Of a stretch of DNA of 64,000 nucleotides, positions 19,248 through 27,235 are shown one piece after another (position 1 is the first letter of the stretch; the number at the start of each line of letters is the position of its first letter). This DNA comes from an uncultured Gemmatimonadales bacterium (GTDB lineage: Bacteria; Gemmatimonadota; Gemmatimonadetes; Gemmatimonadales; GWC2-71-9). Under the pieces are notes generated by a model. That model was not told where the DNA came from, searched no databases, and saw only the letters and a program-made list of their open reading frames with translations. The stretch is from the NCBI GenBank assembly GCA_963730185.1, contig CAVSQW010000015.1, forward strand, positions 576,001 to 640,000, read 5' to 3'. The position numbers were made by a program, and so were the translations under genes.

Positions 19248-20513
19248 ATGCGCGGTCTCACCGCGATCTGCTTCGCGCTGGCCGTGGGAGCCGCCGGGAT
19301 GCCGGCGGTAGCCCGGGCCCAGACACCGGAGCAACGCGCCGATTCGTTGGCGCGAGACCTCGCGCGTCTCAAGGCGCGCATCGATTCCCTGGAACGCACC
19401 GTGGCCGGGCTGCGGGGCCCGTCGCGGGATACGGCCCCAGCCGCCGACGAGCTCACGGCGCTCCGGGCGGCCGCGGCCGCGGCCGCCCCCACCGACACCA
19501 CCAAGCGCGAAGAGCGGACCTTCGTGAGCCGGACCCGGAGTCAGCCGCAGCTCAATCCCGAGATCAGCGCCACCGGCGACGTGCGTTTCGTCGCCCGGCA
19601 GCCGGGGCCGCAGCAGGACAACGTCGACGTCCGGGAGTTCGAGTTCGCGTTGCAGTCGCCCCTCGATCCCTTCTCGAGCACCAAGATCTTCCTGTCGTGG
19701 GAGGGCGGGCACGTCGACGTGGAGGAGGGCTACGCCTACTGGACCGGGCTACCGGGGCACCTTCGTCTCGACGTCGGCCGCTTCCGCCAACAGGTCGGCG
19801 AGCTCAACCGGTGGCACCTCCACGCGCTGCCCGAGTCCGAGTACCCGCTGGTGATCACCGAGTACCTGGGGGAGGACGGCCTGGTGGGCGATGGCCTGAG
19901 CCTCTACTGGCTGGCGCCCTCCACCGGGAAGGCGCTCGGCACCCACGAGCTCTACGGCCAGGTGACGCTGGCCAACAGTGACGCTCTCTTCGACGGGGGC
20001 CACCGGCTGGCCGTCAACGGGCACTTCCTGAATTTCTGGCAGCTCTCGCCCAGCACCTTTCTTCAGGTCGGCGCCTCGGGGCTCTACGGTCGGAACCCCG
20101 ATGCCGATCTCTCGACCACGCTCTACGGGGCCGAGTTCCGGCTCTCGTGGCGGCCGCCCAGTCGGGCGCTCTACCGGTCGTTCACCCTCCGGGGCGAAGG
20201 CTTCCGGGTCAGGCAGAAGGTCGCCGGGGTCGGCGACCCGCACCACGGCGGCTACCTCGGCGCCGACTGGCAGGTGAGCCGGCGCCTTCATCTGGGCACC
20301 CGCTTCGACTGGGTCGAGCCCCGGATCGGCGGCGACGCGATCTGGGCGGTGGTGCCGCATCTCACCTGGTGGCAAAGCGAGTGGGTGTATCTCCAGGCCG
20401 AGTGGGAACACCGCGCCACGCCCAGCCCCGACCTCGACGCCCGCCTCACGACCAACCGCCTCCTGCTCCGCGCGGTCTGGTCGATCGGTCCCCATAAACA
20501 CGAGAACTACTGA
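19248..20513 (+). CDS. Outer-membrane beta-barrel (porin-like) protein associated with metal uptake
   Basis: Signal peptide, N-terminal coiled coil, amphipathic beta strands, His motifs LNRWHLH and terminal GPHKHENY; strong SD GAGGAGG. Confidence 0.7.
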   Translation: MRGLTAICFALAVGAAGMPAVARAQTPEQRADSLARDLARLKARIDSLERTVAGLRGPSRDTAPAADELTALRAAAAAAAPTDTTKREERTFVSRTRSQPQLNPEISATGDVRFVARQPGPQQDNVDVREFEFALQSPLDPFSSTKIFLSWEGGHVDVEEGYAYWTGLPGHLRLDVGRFRQQVGELNRWHLHALPESEYPLVITEYLGEDGLVGDGLSLYWLAPSTGKALGTHELYGQVTLANSDALFDGGHRLAVNGHFLNFWQLSPSTFLQVGASGLYGRNPDADLSTTLYGAEFRLSWRPPSRALYRSFTLRGEGFRVRQKVAGVGDPHHGGYLGADWQVSRRLHLGTRFDWVEPRIGGDAIWAVVPHLTWWQSEWVYLQAEWEHRATPSPDLDARLTTNRLLLRAVWSIGPHKHENY

Positions 20514-21568
20514 TGACCACGATCCTGATCCTGCTCCTGGCCTCCGTGCCGTCGCCCGTCGCGGCCGCGCCGCCGGTCCCACCGCCCGCCGCCGAGCTCC
20601 GGGTGGTCACCTCGCTCTCGACCTACGCCGCCATCGCCAGGGAGCTGGTGGGCGACAAGGGCACCGTGGTCTCGATCGGCCAGGGCGACGAGAACCCCCA
20701 CTACGTCCAGCCCCGGCCCAGCTTTGCGCTCGAGCTCCGGCGGGCCGACCTCTTCGTCTCGACCGGGCTCGACCTCGAGCTGTGGGTCCCGGCCCTGCTC
20801 GACAAGGCCAACAACCCGAAGGTGAGCGACGGCGGCCCCGGGCAGGTGACCGCGTACACCGGGGTGCGTCTGCTGGACATCCCGACCTCGACCAGCCGGG
20901 CGGAGGGCGACATCCACGCCTTCGGGAATCCGCACATCTGGGCCGATCCGATCAACGCGATCGTGATCGGCCAGAACATCACCACCGGGCTTGCCCGAGT
21001 GGCCCCGGGCGACGCCCGGTACTTCAAGGACCGGTTCACGGCCTGGCGGAGCCGGGTGCTCCAGGCCCTGGTCGGCGAGCCGATCGTCAAGCTCCTCGGC
21101 GAGGACGCCGTCTTCAGCCTGCTGGACCAGGGCAAGTTCTGGAACTTCGTTCAGAACCAGCAGTACCAGGGGGCGCCGCTGATCGAGCAGCTCGGCGGTT
21201 GGCTCAAGAAGGGCGAGGTCTTCCGAGGGAAGGAAATGGTCTGCTATCACAAGGAGTGGGACTACTTCTCCCGGCGGTTCGACATTCCCTGCATCGATTT
21301 CATCGAGCCCAAGCCGGGGATCCCGCCGTCGCCGGGGCACGTCGCCAAGCTGATCGCGGAGATCCGCGACCGCCATATCCCGGTGATCTTCGCGGCCAAC
21401 TTCTACGATCCCCGGCAGGCCAAGGTGATCGCCCAGCGGACCGGCTCCACGGCCGTGATCGTCCCGGCCAACGCGGCCGGGGCGCCGGGGACGGACACCT
21501 ACATCGGACTCGTCAACTTGTGGGTCGACCAACTCGCCGCCGGCTTCGCCCGGCAGGGCGGGGACTGA
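20513..21568 (+). CDS. Zn/Mn-type (cluster A-I, ZnuA/TroA-like) substrate-binding protein
   Basis: ENPHYVQPRPS, GLDLELW, GDIHAFGNPHIW, YHKEWDYF, EPKPGIPPSPGH. Confidence 0.9.
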   Translation: MTTILILLLASVPSPVAAAPPVPPPAAELRVVTSLSTYAAIARELVGDKGTVVSIGQGDENPHYVQPRPSFALELRRADLFVSTGLDLELWVPALLDKANNPKVSDGGPGQVTAYTGVRLLDIPTSTSRAEGDIHAFGNPHIWADPINAIVIGQNITTGLARVAPGDARYFKDRFTAWRSRVLQALVGEPIVKLLGEDAVFSLLDQGKFWNFVQNQQYQGAPLIEQLGGWLKKGEVFRGKEMVCYHKEWDYFSRRFDIPCIDFIEPKPGIPPSPGHVAKLIAEIRDRHIPVIFAANFYDPRQAKVIAQRTGSTAVIVPANAAGAPGTDTYIGLVNLWVDQLAAGFARQGGD

Positions 21569-21588
21569 GCCAACCGAGGAGCAGATCC

Positions 21589-22410
21589 ATGCTCGAATTG
21601 ATCCTGCCGCCGTTCGTCGCCTGTCTCGTCCTGGTGTCGATCCTGGCCTACCTCGGCGTCCACGTGATCGCGCGCGAAGTGATCTTCGTCGACCTCTCGC
21701 TCGCCCAGATGGCGGCGCTCGGCAGCACCACGGCGCTGCTGTTCGGGATCGAGGGCGGGAGCCCGGGCGCCTACGGCTTCGCCCTGGCCTTCACGGTGGT
21801 GGGCGCCGCGATCTTCGCCGCCACCCGGTCCAACAAGAAGTCCCAGCGGGTGCCCCACGAGGCGATCATCGGCATCGTCTACGTGGTGGCGTCGGCGGCC
21901 ACGCTGCTGGTGGCCGACAAAGCCCCGCAGGGGGCCGAGGCAGTGAAGGAGCTCCTGGTGGGCGCGATCCTCTGGGTCACCTGGCCCCAGATCCTCCGAC
22001 TGGTCGTGGTGTTCTCGATCGTGGGGCTGGTCCACTGGCTCCTCCGCGATCGGTTCCTCGCCATCTCGTTCCACGAGGAGGAGGCCGAGGCGCGCGGTTG
22101 GCGGGTCCGGTGGTGGGACTTCGTCTTCTACCTCACCTTCGGCGTGGCCATCACCCTGGCCGTGCCGGTGGCGGGCGTGCTGCTGGTGTTCTCGTTCCTG
22201 GTCGTGCCGGCGGTGGTGGCGTTCCTGTTCACCACCAACATCCGGAAGCTGGCCCTGGCCAGCTGGGCCGCCGGCGCCCTGGCCTCGGCCGTCGGCCTCG
22301 GTCTCTCGTTCAAGTACGACCTCCCGACCGGGCCGCTGATCGTGTGCGGCTTCGGGGCGCTGCTGGTGCTGGCCGGGGCGGTGAGACGGGTTGTGACTCG
22401 TGAGTTGTGA
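21589..22410 (+). CDS. Metal ABC transporter permease (ZnuB/MntB-like)
   Basis: VIFVDLSLAQMAALG, EAIIGIVY, GVLLVFSFLVVPA, DLPTGPLIV; multiple TM helices. Confidence 0.88.
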   Translation: MLELILPPFVACLVLVSILAYLGVHVIAREVIFVDLSLAQMAALGSTTALLFGIEGGSPGAYGFALAFTVVGAAIFAATRSNKKSQRVPHEAIIGIVYVVASAATLLVADKAPQGAEAVKELLVGAILWVTWPQILRLVVVFSIVGLVHWLLRDRFLAISFHEEEAEARGWRVRWWDFVFYLTFGVAITLAVPVAGVLLVFSFLVVPAVVAFLFTTNIRKLALASWAAGALASAVGLGLSFKYDLPTGPLIVCGFGALLVLAGAVRRVVTREL

Positions 22411-22557
22411 GTGGCGACTAGGGAGGGAGTGGTGAGGAGGGAGTAGGGGTGCGCCGGACGCCACTCACTACTCCCGCCTGGTCGGGGTGCCGGCCGCGCC
22501 CTACTCACGACTCACGACTCCCTCCCTACTCCCTATTCCCAACTCCCTAGTCCCTAC
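22392..22557. repeat. Heptamer-built palindromic repeat element
   Basis: Left arm GTGACTC/GTGAGTT/GTGAGTG/GCGACTA/GGGAGTA; right arm CTCACGA/CTCACGA/CTCCCTA/TTCCCAA/GTCCCTA. Confidence 0.75.
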
Positions 22558-22571
22558 CATTAACTTCCGTC

Positions 22572-23801
22572 ATGCGCGTCCGCGTGACCTCCGAAATCGG
22601 GCCCCTCCAGGCCGTCGTCGTGCATTCGCCGGGCAAGGAGCTCGAGGCAGTCACGCCGGGCACCCGGGAGGACTATCTCTACGACGACTTGATCGGGCTC
22701 GAGGTCTCGGCCCGGGAGCACCGGCGGCTGGTGGCGGTGCTCAAGAAGGTCTCCCGGGTGCATGAGATCGCCGACCTGATGGCCCAGGCGCTGGCGATTC
22801 CCGAGGCCCGGGAGTTCGTGATCGCCCGGACCCTCGACGTGGTGCCCTCCGAGTCGTTGACCCAGGACCTGAGCGAGCTGGCGCCGAAGGCCCTGGTCCG
22901 GACCCTGATCGAAGGGGTCGAGGCCAAGGGGGGGCCGATCTCCCGGACCCTCAACGAGGTCGGCTTCGCGCTTCCCCCGCTGCCCAACCTGTTTTTTCCG
23001 CGCGACGTGGGGATCGTGGTGGGGAGCCATGCGGTGGTGGGGTCGATGCGCTACGGGATCCGCTGGACCGAGGAGCTCCTGCTGGCCACCCTGTTCCGCT
23101 TCCATCCCGAGCTCGAGAACGCGGGCCTGCTCTACGATGGGTTCGAGGAGAAGCGGAGCAACTACACTCTCGAAGGGGGCGATGTCCACGTCCTCCGGGA
23201 GGACCTCCTTCTGGTGGGGTTCTCGGAGCGGTCGTCGCCGGCCGCCCTCGACCGGCTGGCCGACCTGGCGTTCGAGCACACCTCAGTGACCGACGTCGTC
23301 GTGGTGGTGATGCCGCGGCAGCCGATCGCCATCCACCTGGACATGCTCTTCACCCACCTCGATCGCGACCTCTGCGCCGTCTATCCGCCGACCTTCATCG
23401 GGCCGGAGCGCCTGACCATCCTCCACCGGAAGAAGGGCCGGAAGACGGTCCGGGAGCGGAGCGACCTCTTCTCGGCGCTCAAGCAGGTCGGGCTCCCCCT
23501 GCAGGCGGTGCTCACCGGCGGAGCGCGGCGGATCACCCAGGAGCGGGAGCAGTGGGCCAGCGGCTGCAACTTCTTCGCGGTGCGGCCCGGCATGGTGTTG
23601 AGCTATCAGCGTAACGAGGCCACCCTGCGGGCGATGGAGGAGGCGGGGTTCAGCGTGGTGCCGAGCCAGGAGTTCGTCGGGTTCGACGACTGGGCCGAGT
23701 CGCGGAGCCGGGTGGTGATCACCATTCCGGGGAGCGAGCTGGTCCGGGGCGGGGGCGGGCCCCGGTGTATGACCATGCCGATCCGGCGGCTCGATCCTTG
23801 A
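22572..23801 (+). CDS. arcA: Arginine deiminase
   Basis: VTSEIGPL, PLPNLFFPRD, LEGGDV, IHLD, ELVRGGGGPRCMTMPI (catalytic Cys). Confidence 0.9.
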   Translation: MRVRVTSEIGPLQAVVVHSPGKELEAVTPGTREDYLYDDLIGLEVSAREHRRLVAVLKKVSRVHEIADLMAQALAIPEAREFVIARTLDVVPSESLTQDLSELAPKALVRTLIEGVEAKGGPISRTLNEVGFALPPLPNLFFPRDVGIVVGSHAVVGSMRYGIRWTEELLLATLFRFHPELENAGLLYDGFEEKRSNYTLEGGDVHVLREDLLLVGFSERSSPAALDRLADLAFEHTSVTDVVVVVMPRQPIAIHLDMLFTHLDRDLCAVYPPTFIGPERLTILHRKKGRKTVRERSDLFSALKQVGLPLQAVLTGGARRITQEREQWASGCNFFAVRPGMVLSYQRNEATLRAMEEAGFSVVPSQEFVGFDDWAESRSRVVITIPGSELVRGGGGPRCMTMPIRRLDP

Positions 23802-24652
23802 CCGGTTTGGCGCCGGTGCCGGCCGGGACGCTCGCCGATCGCGCGATCGCGATGCTCGGCGAGGGGCCCCGGCCGGCGTCGGCGCTCTCTCAGGAGGTCT
23901 TTGGCCTGGCCCGGGCCCCGGCCGCCGTCGCCGAGCGGCTGGCGGTGGCCCTGCTCGGGGCCGACCCGCGGGTCCGACGTCTGCCGGACGGCCGCTGGAG
24001 TCTGGTGGCGGCCGCCGCCGGCTCCCCCCTGATCGGCGACTGCGCCTTTGCGGTGGTCGACGTGGAGACGACCGGCAGCCGGTTCGGCGGGGCCGACCGG
24101 GTTACCGAGGTGGCGGTGGCGGTGGTCCAGGGCCCCCGCTGCGAGGTGGTGCTCGACACGCTGGTCAATCCCGAGCGTCCGATCCCGTCCTTCGTCAGCG
24201 CGGTCACCCGGATCACCGACGCCATGGTCCGCTCGGCCCCGACCTTCGACGAGGTTGCCGACCAGCTGCTCGAGGCCGTGGCCGGCCGGGTCTTCGTCGC
24301 CCACAACGTTCGATTCGACTGGCGCTTCCTGAGCGGCGAGCTCCGCCGGGCCCGGGGGCTCACCCTCGAGGGCTCCCGCCTCTGCACGGTTCGCTTGGCC
24401 CGCGCCCTGGTGAGCGGGCTCGGCTCCTACGCCCTCGACAACGTGAGCCAGTACTTCGGGGTCGAGAATCCGGCCCGGCACCGGGCCGGCGGCGACGCCT
24501 GGGCCACCGGCCGGGTGCTCCAGTCGCTCCTCACCCTCGCCCGGGACCGGGAGGCTCGGACGCTGCAGGACCTCGAGGGGCTCCAGGTTCGCCGGAAGGG
24601 CAAGAAGCGCCGGGGCCGCCGGGGCCGGAGCGCGCCCGAAGACATGTTCTAG
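23798..24652 (+). CDS. DEDDh 3'-5' exonuclease (DnaQ-like)
   Basis: VVDVETTG, VAHNVRFD, HRAGGDA; TTG start overlapping the arcA stop. Confidence 0.88.
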   Translation: MTGLAPVPAGTLADRAIAMLGEGPRPASALSQEVFGLARAPAAVAERLAVALLGADPRVRRLPDGRWSLVAAAAGSPLIGDCAFAVVDVETTGSRFGGADRVTEVAVAVVQGPRCEVVLDTLVNPERPIPSFVSAVTRITDAMVRSAPTFDEVADQLLEAVAGRVFVAHNVRFDWRFLSGELRRARGLTLEGSRLCTVRLARALVSGLGSYALDNVSQYFGVENPARHRAGGDAWATGRVLQSLLTLARDREARTLQDLEGLQVRRKGKKRRGRRGRSAPEDMF

Positions 24653-24659
24653 CCGGCGT

Positions 24660-24665
24660 TATACT
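24660..24665 (+). promoter_or_regulatory. -10 element of a leaderless transcript
   Basis: TATACT 6 nt before the ATG at 24672, no SD. Confidence 0.55.
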
Positions 24666-24671
24666 TGAATC

Positions 24672-25568
24672 ATGGCTCTCGTTCATAGCTTCGAGCTGGG
24701 CCGGCTCCGCTGCCACGCGCTGGAGGCGGGCCTCCAGCGGCTCGACGGCGGCGCGATGTTCGGCGTCGTCCCGAAGCCGCTGTGGCAACGGCGGATCGCG
24801 CCCGACGACCGGAACCGGATTCCCCTGGCGATGCGCTGCCTCCTGGTGGAGCACCCGGACGGGCTGGTCCTGATCGACACCGGACTGGGCAACAAAGAGG
24901 ACGCCAAGTTCAAGGACATCTACGGGATCGAGAACGAGGGCCCGGACGGGCGGACCTGGTTGGAGCAGGCCCTGGCCGAGTTGGGGCACCCGCCGGCCGA
25001 CGTGCGGTGGGTGATCAACACCCACCTTCACTTCGACCACGCGGGCGGCAACACCTGGGAGGAGCACGACGACGGCGTCGCGATCGGGGGGCCCCGGCTC
25101 ACCTTCCCGAAGGCCACCTACGTCGTCCAGTGGGGTGAGCTCGAGTTCGCCCAGGAGACCAACGAGCGAACCCGGGCCTCGTACCTGCCGGCCAACTTCG
25201 AGCCGGTGGCGGAGGCGGGGAAGTGGAAGCTCCTCCGGGGCGACGTCGAGATCCTGCCCGGCATCCAGTCCCGGGTTACCCCAGGGCACGTGCCCAATCA
25301 CCAGAGCATCGTGCTCCGGAGCGAGGGTGACACCTTGATCTACCTGGCCGACGTCATGCCGACCAGCCACCACCTCCCGCTCCCCTGGATCATGGGCTAC
25401 GACCTGGAGCCGCTCCGGACCCTCGAGTCCAAGCGGAAGATCGTCCGGCAGGCCATGGAGGACGGCTGGTGGCTCTTCTTCGAGCACGATCCCGACCTGA
25501 TCATGGGTCGGCTGGGCGAGGGCGATCGCGGCCCGGCCCTCGGCGATGTGGTCCGGGTGCGGCGGTGA
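24672..25568 (+). CDS. MBL-fold metallo-hydrolase (YtnP-like)
   Basis: LDGGAMFGVVPK, THLHFDHAGG, TPGH, FEHD. Confidence 0.9.
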   Translation: MALVHSFELGRLRCHALEAGLQRLDGGAMFGVVPKPLWQRRIAPDDRNRIPLAMRCLLVEHPDGLVLIDTGLGNKEDAKFKDIYGIENEGPDGRTWLEQALAELGHPPADVRWVINTHLHFDHAGGNTWEEHDDGVAIGGPRLTFPKATYVVQWGELEFAQETNERTRASYLPANFEPVAEAGKWKLLRGDVEILPGIQSRVTPGHVPNHQSIVLRSEGDTLIYLADVMPTSHHLPLPWIMGYDLEPLRTLESKRKIVRQAMEDGWWLFFEHDPDLIMGRLGEGDRGPALGDVVRVRR

Positions 25569-25575
25569 GGGCCGG

Positions 25576-27177
25576 GTGACCGGACCGGTGCCCGAAGCCA
25601 GCGACCCGGGCGGCCGGACCTCGGCCCCGGCCGCGCTTCGCGAGGCGCTGGCCGAGCGCTACGACCTGCAGCGGTCGATCGGCCAGGGCGGCATGGCCAC
25701 GGTCTACCTGGCGAACGACCGGAAGCATCACCGCCCGGTCGCGGTCAAGGTCCTCCGGGGTGATCTCTCGGCCACCCTCGGCGCGGCGCGCTTTCTCCGC
25801 GAGGTGGAGATCGCGGCCCGGCTGCAACATCCCAACATCGTGATGCTGATCGATTCCGGCGAGGCGGCCGGGCTCCTCTACTACGTGATGCCGTTCGTGG
25901 AGGGCGAGTCGCTTCGCCAACGGCTGGACCGGGACGGTGCCTTGGCGCCCGCCGACGTGGTCCGAATCGCGGGGCAGGTCGGCGACGCCCTGGCGTACGC
26001 CCACGGACAGGGCGTGGTGCACCGCGACATCAAGCCGGAGAACATTCTCTTTTCGGCCGGGCATGCGGTGGTCGCCGACTTCGGAGTGGCCAAGGCGGTC
26101 ACCACGGCGGCCGAGCGGTCGGTCACCCGGACCGGCTACCCGGTCGGGACGGTGGGCTACATGAGCCCGGAGCAGGCCGCCGGCTTCACCGACCTCACCG
26201 CCCGCACCGACGTGTTCTCGTTGGGCACCGTCGTCTACGAGATGCTGATCGGTGAGGTCCCGGGCCACTGGCCCAGCGAGGAGGCGGGACGGCTCCGCCG
26301 GCTGCTCGAAGCCAAGCCAGAGCACCGGAAGCGCCTGGACCGGCTGCCGGGGAGCGTCGAGGCCGTGCTGGCGCAGGCGCTCCGGATGCGTCCCGAGGAC
26401 CGCTTCTCCGGTCCGGGCGAGCTCACCGCCGCCCTGGCGGCCGCGTTCGAGGCCAAACCCCGCTACAGCGAATCGCGAGCCCGCGAGATCATCGCCAGGG
26501 CGGCGGACCTCGAGGCCACCGCCCCGACCCTGACCGGTTCCCTCTCGCTCGGCGGATTGCAGCAGGTGGCCGCGGAAGCCGGGATTCCTCCCGAGCACGT
26601 CGCGGCGGCCGCCCGATCGAGCGGCGTCATGCCGGCGGAGCCCGAGCGCCCCAATCCCTTCCTGGGGTCCAGCACCAGGATCGTGGTGGAGCGGATCGTC
26701 ACCGGCGAGGTCGACGTCGACGAGTATCCCACGCTGGTCGACGAGGCCCGGATCACCGTCGGCAACGTGGGGCAGACCTCCACCCTGGGCCGGTCGCTCG
26801 CCTGGCGGTCGGTGGTGCCTTCCAATCAGGTGGGGCGGGTCGTGGCCCTGACGGTGACCCCGTCGGGGGGGCGGACCCGGATCCGGCTGGAGGAGTCGCT
26901 GGCCCCGCTGGCCGGCGGCTTTTTCGGCGGGATCATGGGTGGAGGCGGCTCCGCTGGGGTGGCCTTCTCCCTCGCGATCGGCGTCGGGGCGCTGCACGCC
27001 CCGTTGATCGGGGTCACCTTGGCCGGGTTGACGCTGACCGGAAGCTGGGGCTTGGCACGAACCCTCCTGGCGCACTATCGGCGCAAACGGGAGCGCGAGA
27101 TCGAGGGGCTCGGCGACCGGCTGGCGTCCTACGTCGCCGAGTGCGCCGGCAGGCAGAGGCGACGGCTGGGTCCCTGA
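25576..27177 (+). CDS. Hanks-type Ser/Thr protein kinase with C-terminal membrane domain
   Basis: IGQGGMATVY, VAVK, HRDIKPEN, DFG, GTVGYMSPEQ; two Gly-rich hydrophobic segments near the C-terminus. Confidence 0.92.
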   Translation: MTGPVPEASDPGGRTSAPAALREALAERYDLQRSIGQGGMATVYLANDRKHHRPVAVKVLRGDLSATLGAARFLREVEIAARLQHPNIVMLIDSGEAAGLLYYVMPFVEGESLRQRLDRDGALAPADVVRIAGQVGDALAYAHGQGVVHRDIKPENILFSAGHAVVADFGVAKAVTTAAERSVTRTGYPVGTVGYMSPEQAAGFTDLTARTDVFSLGTVVYEMLIGEVPGHWPSEEAGRLRRLLEAKPEHRKRLDRLPGSVEAVLAQALRMRPEDRFSGPGELTAALAAAFEAKPRYSESRAREIIARAADLEATAPTLTGSLSLGGLQQVAAEAGIPPEHVAAAARSSGVMPAEPERPNPFLGSSTRIVVERIVTGEVDVDEYPTLVDEARITVGNVGQTSTLGRSLAWRSVVPSNQVGRVVALTVTPSGGRTRIRLEESLAPLAGGFFGGIMGGGGSAGVAFSLAIGVGALHAPLIGVTLAGLTLTGSWGLARTLLAHYRRKREREIEGLGDRLASYVAECAGRQRRRLGP

Positions 27178-27235
27178 TCGGGGTCGGGAACGGCCGGCCC
27201 TCAAGCGGCGCCCCGGCCGGCCCGATACTTCAGCC

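Noticed and set aside
22392..22557. CRISPR array interpretation of the repeat tracts (also 5646-5881 and 53866-54006)
   Set aside because: No constant repeat with unique spacers and no cas genes; these are short-period tandem or inverted repeats.
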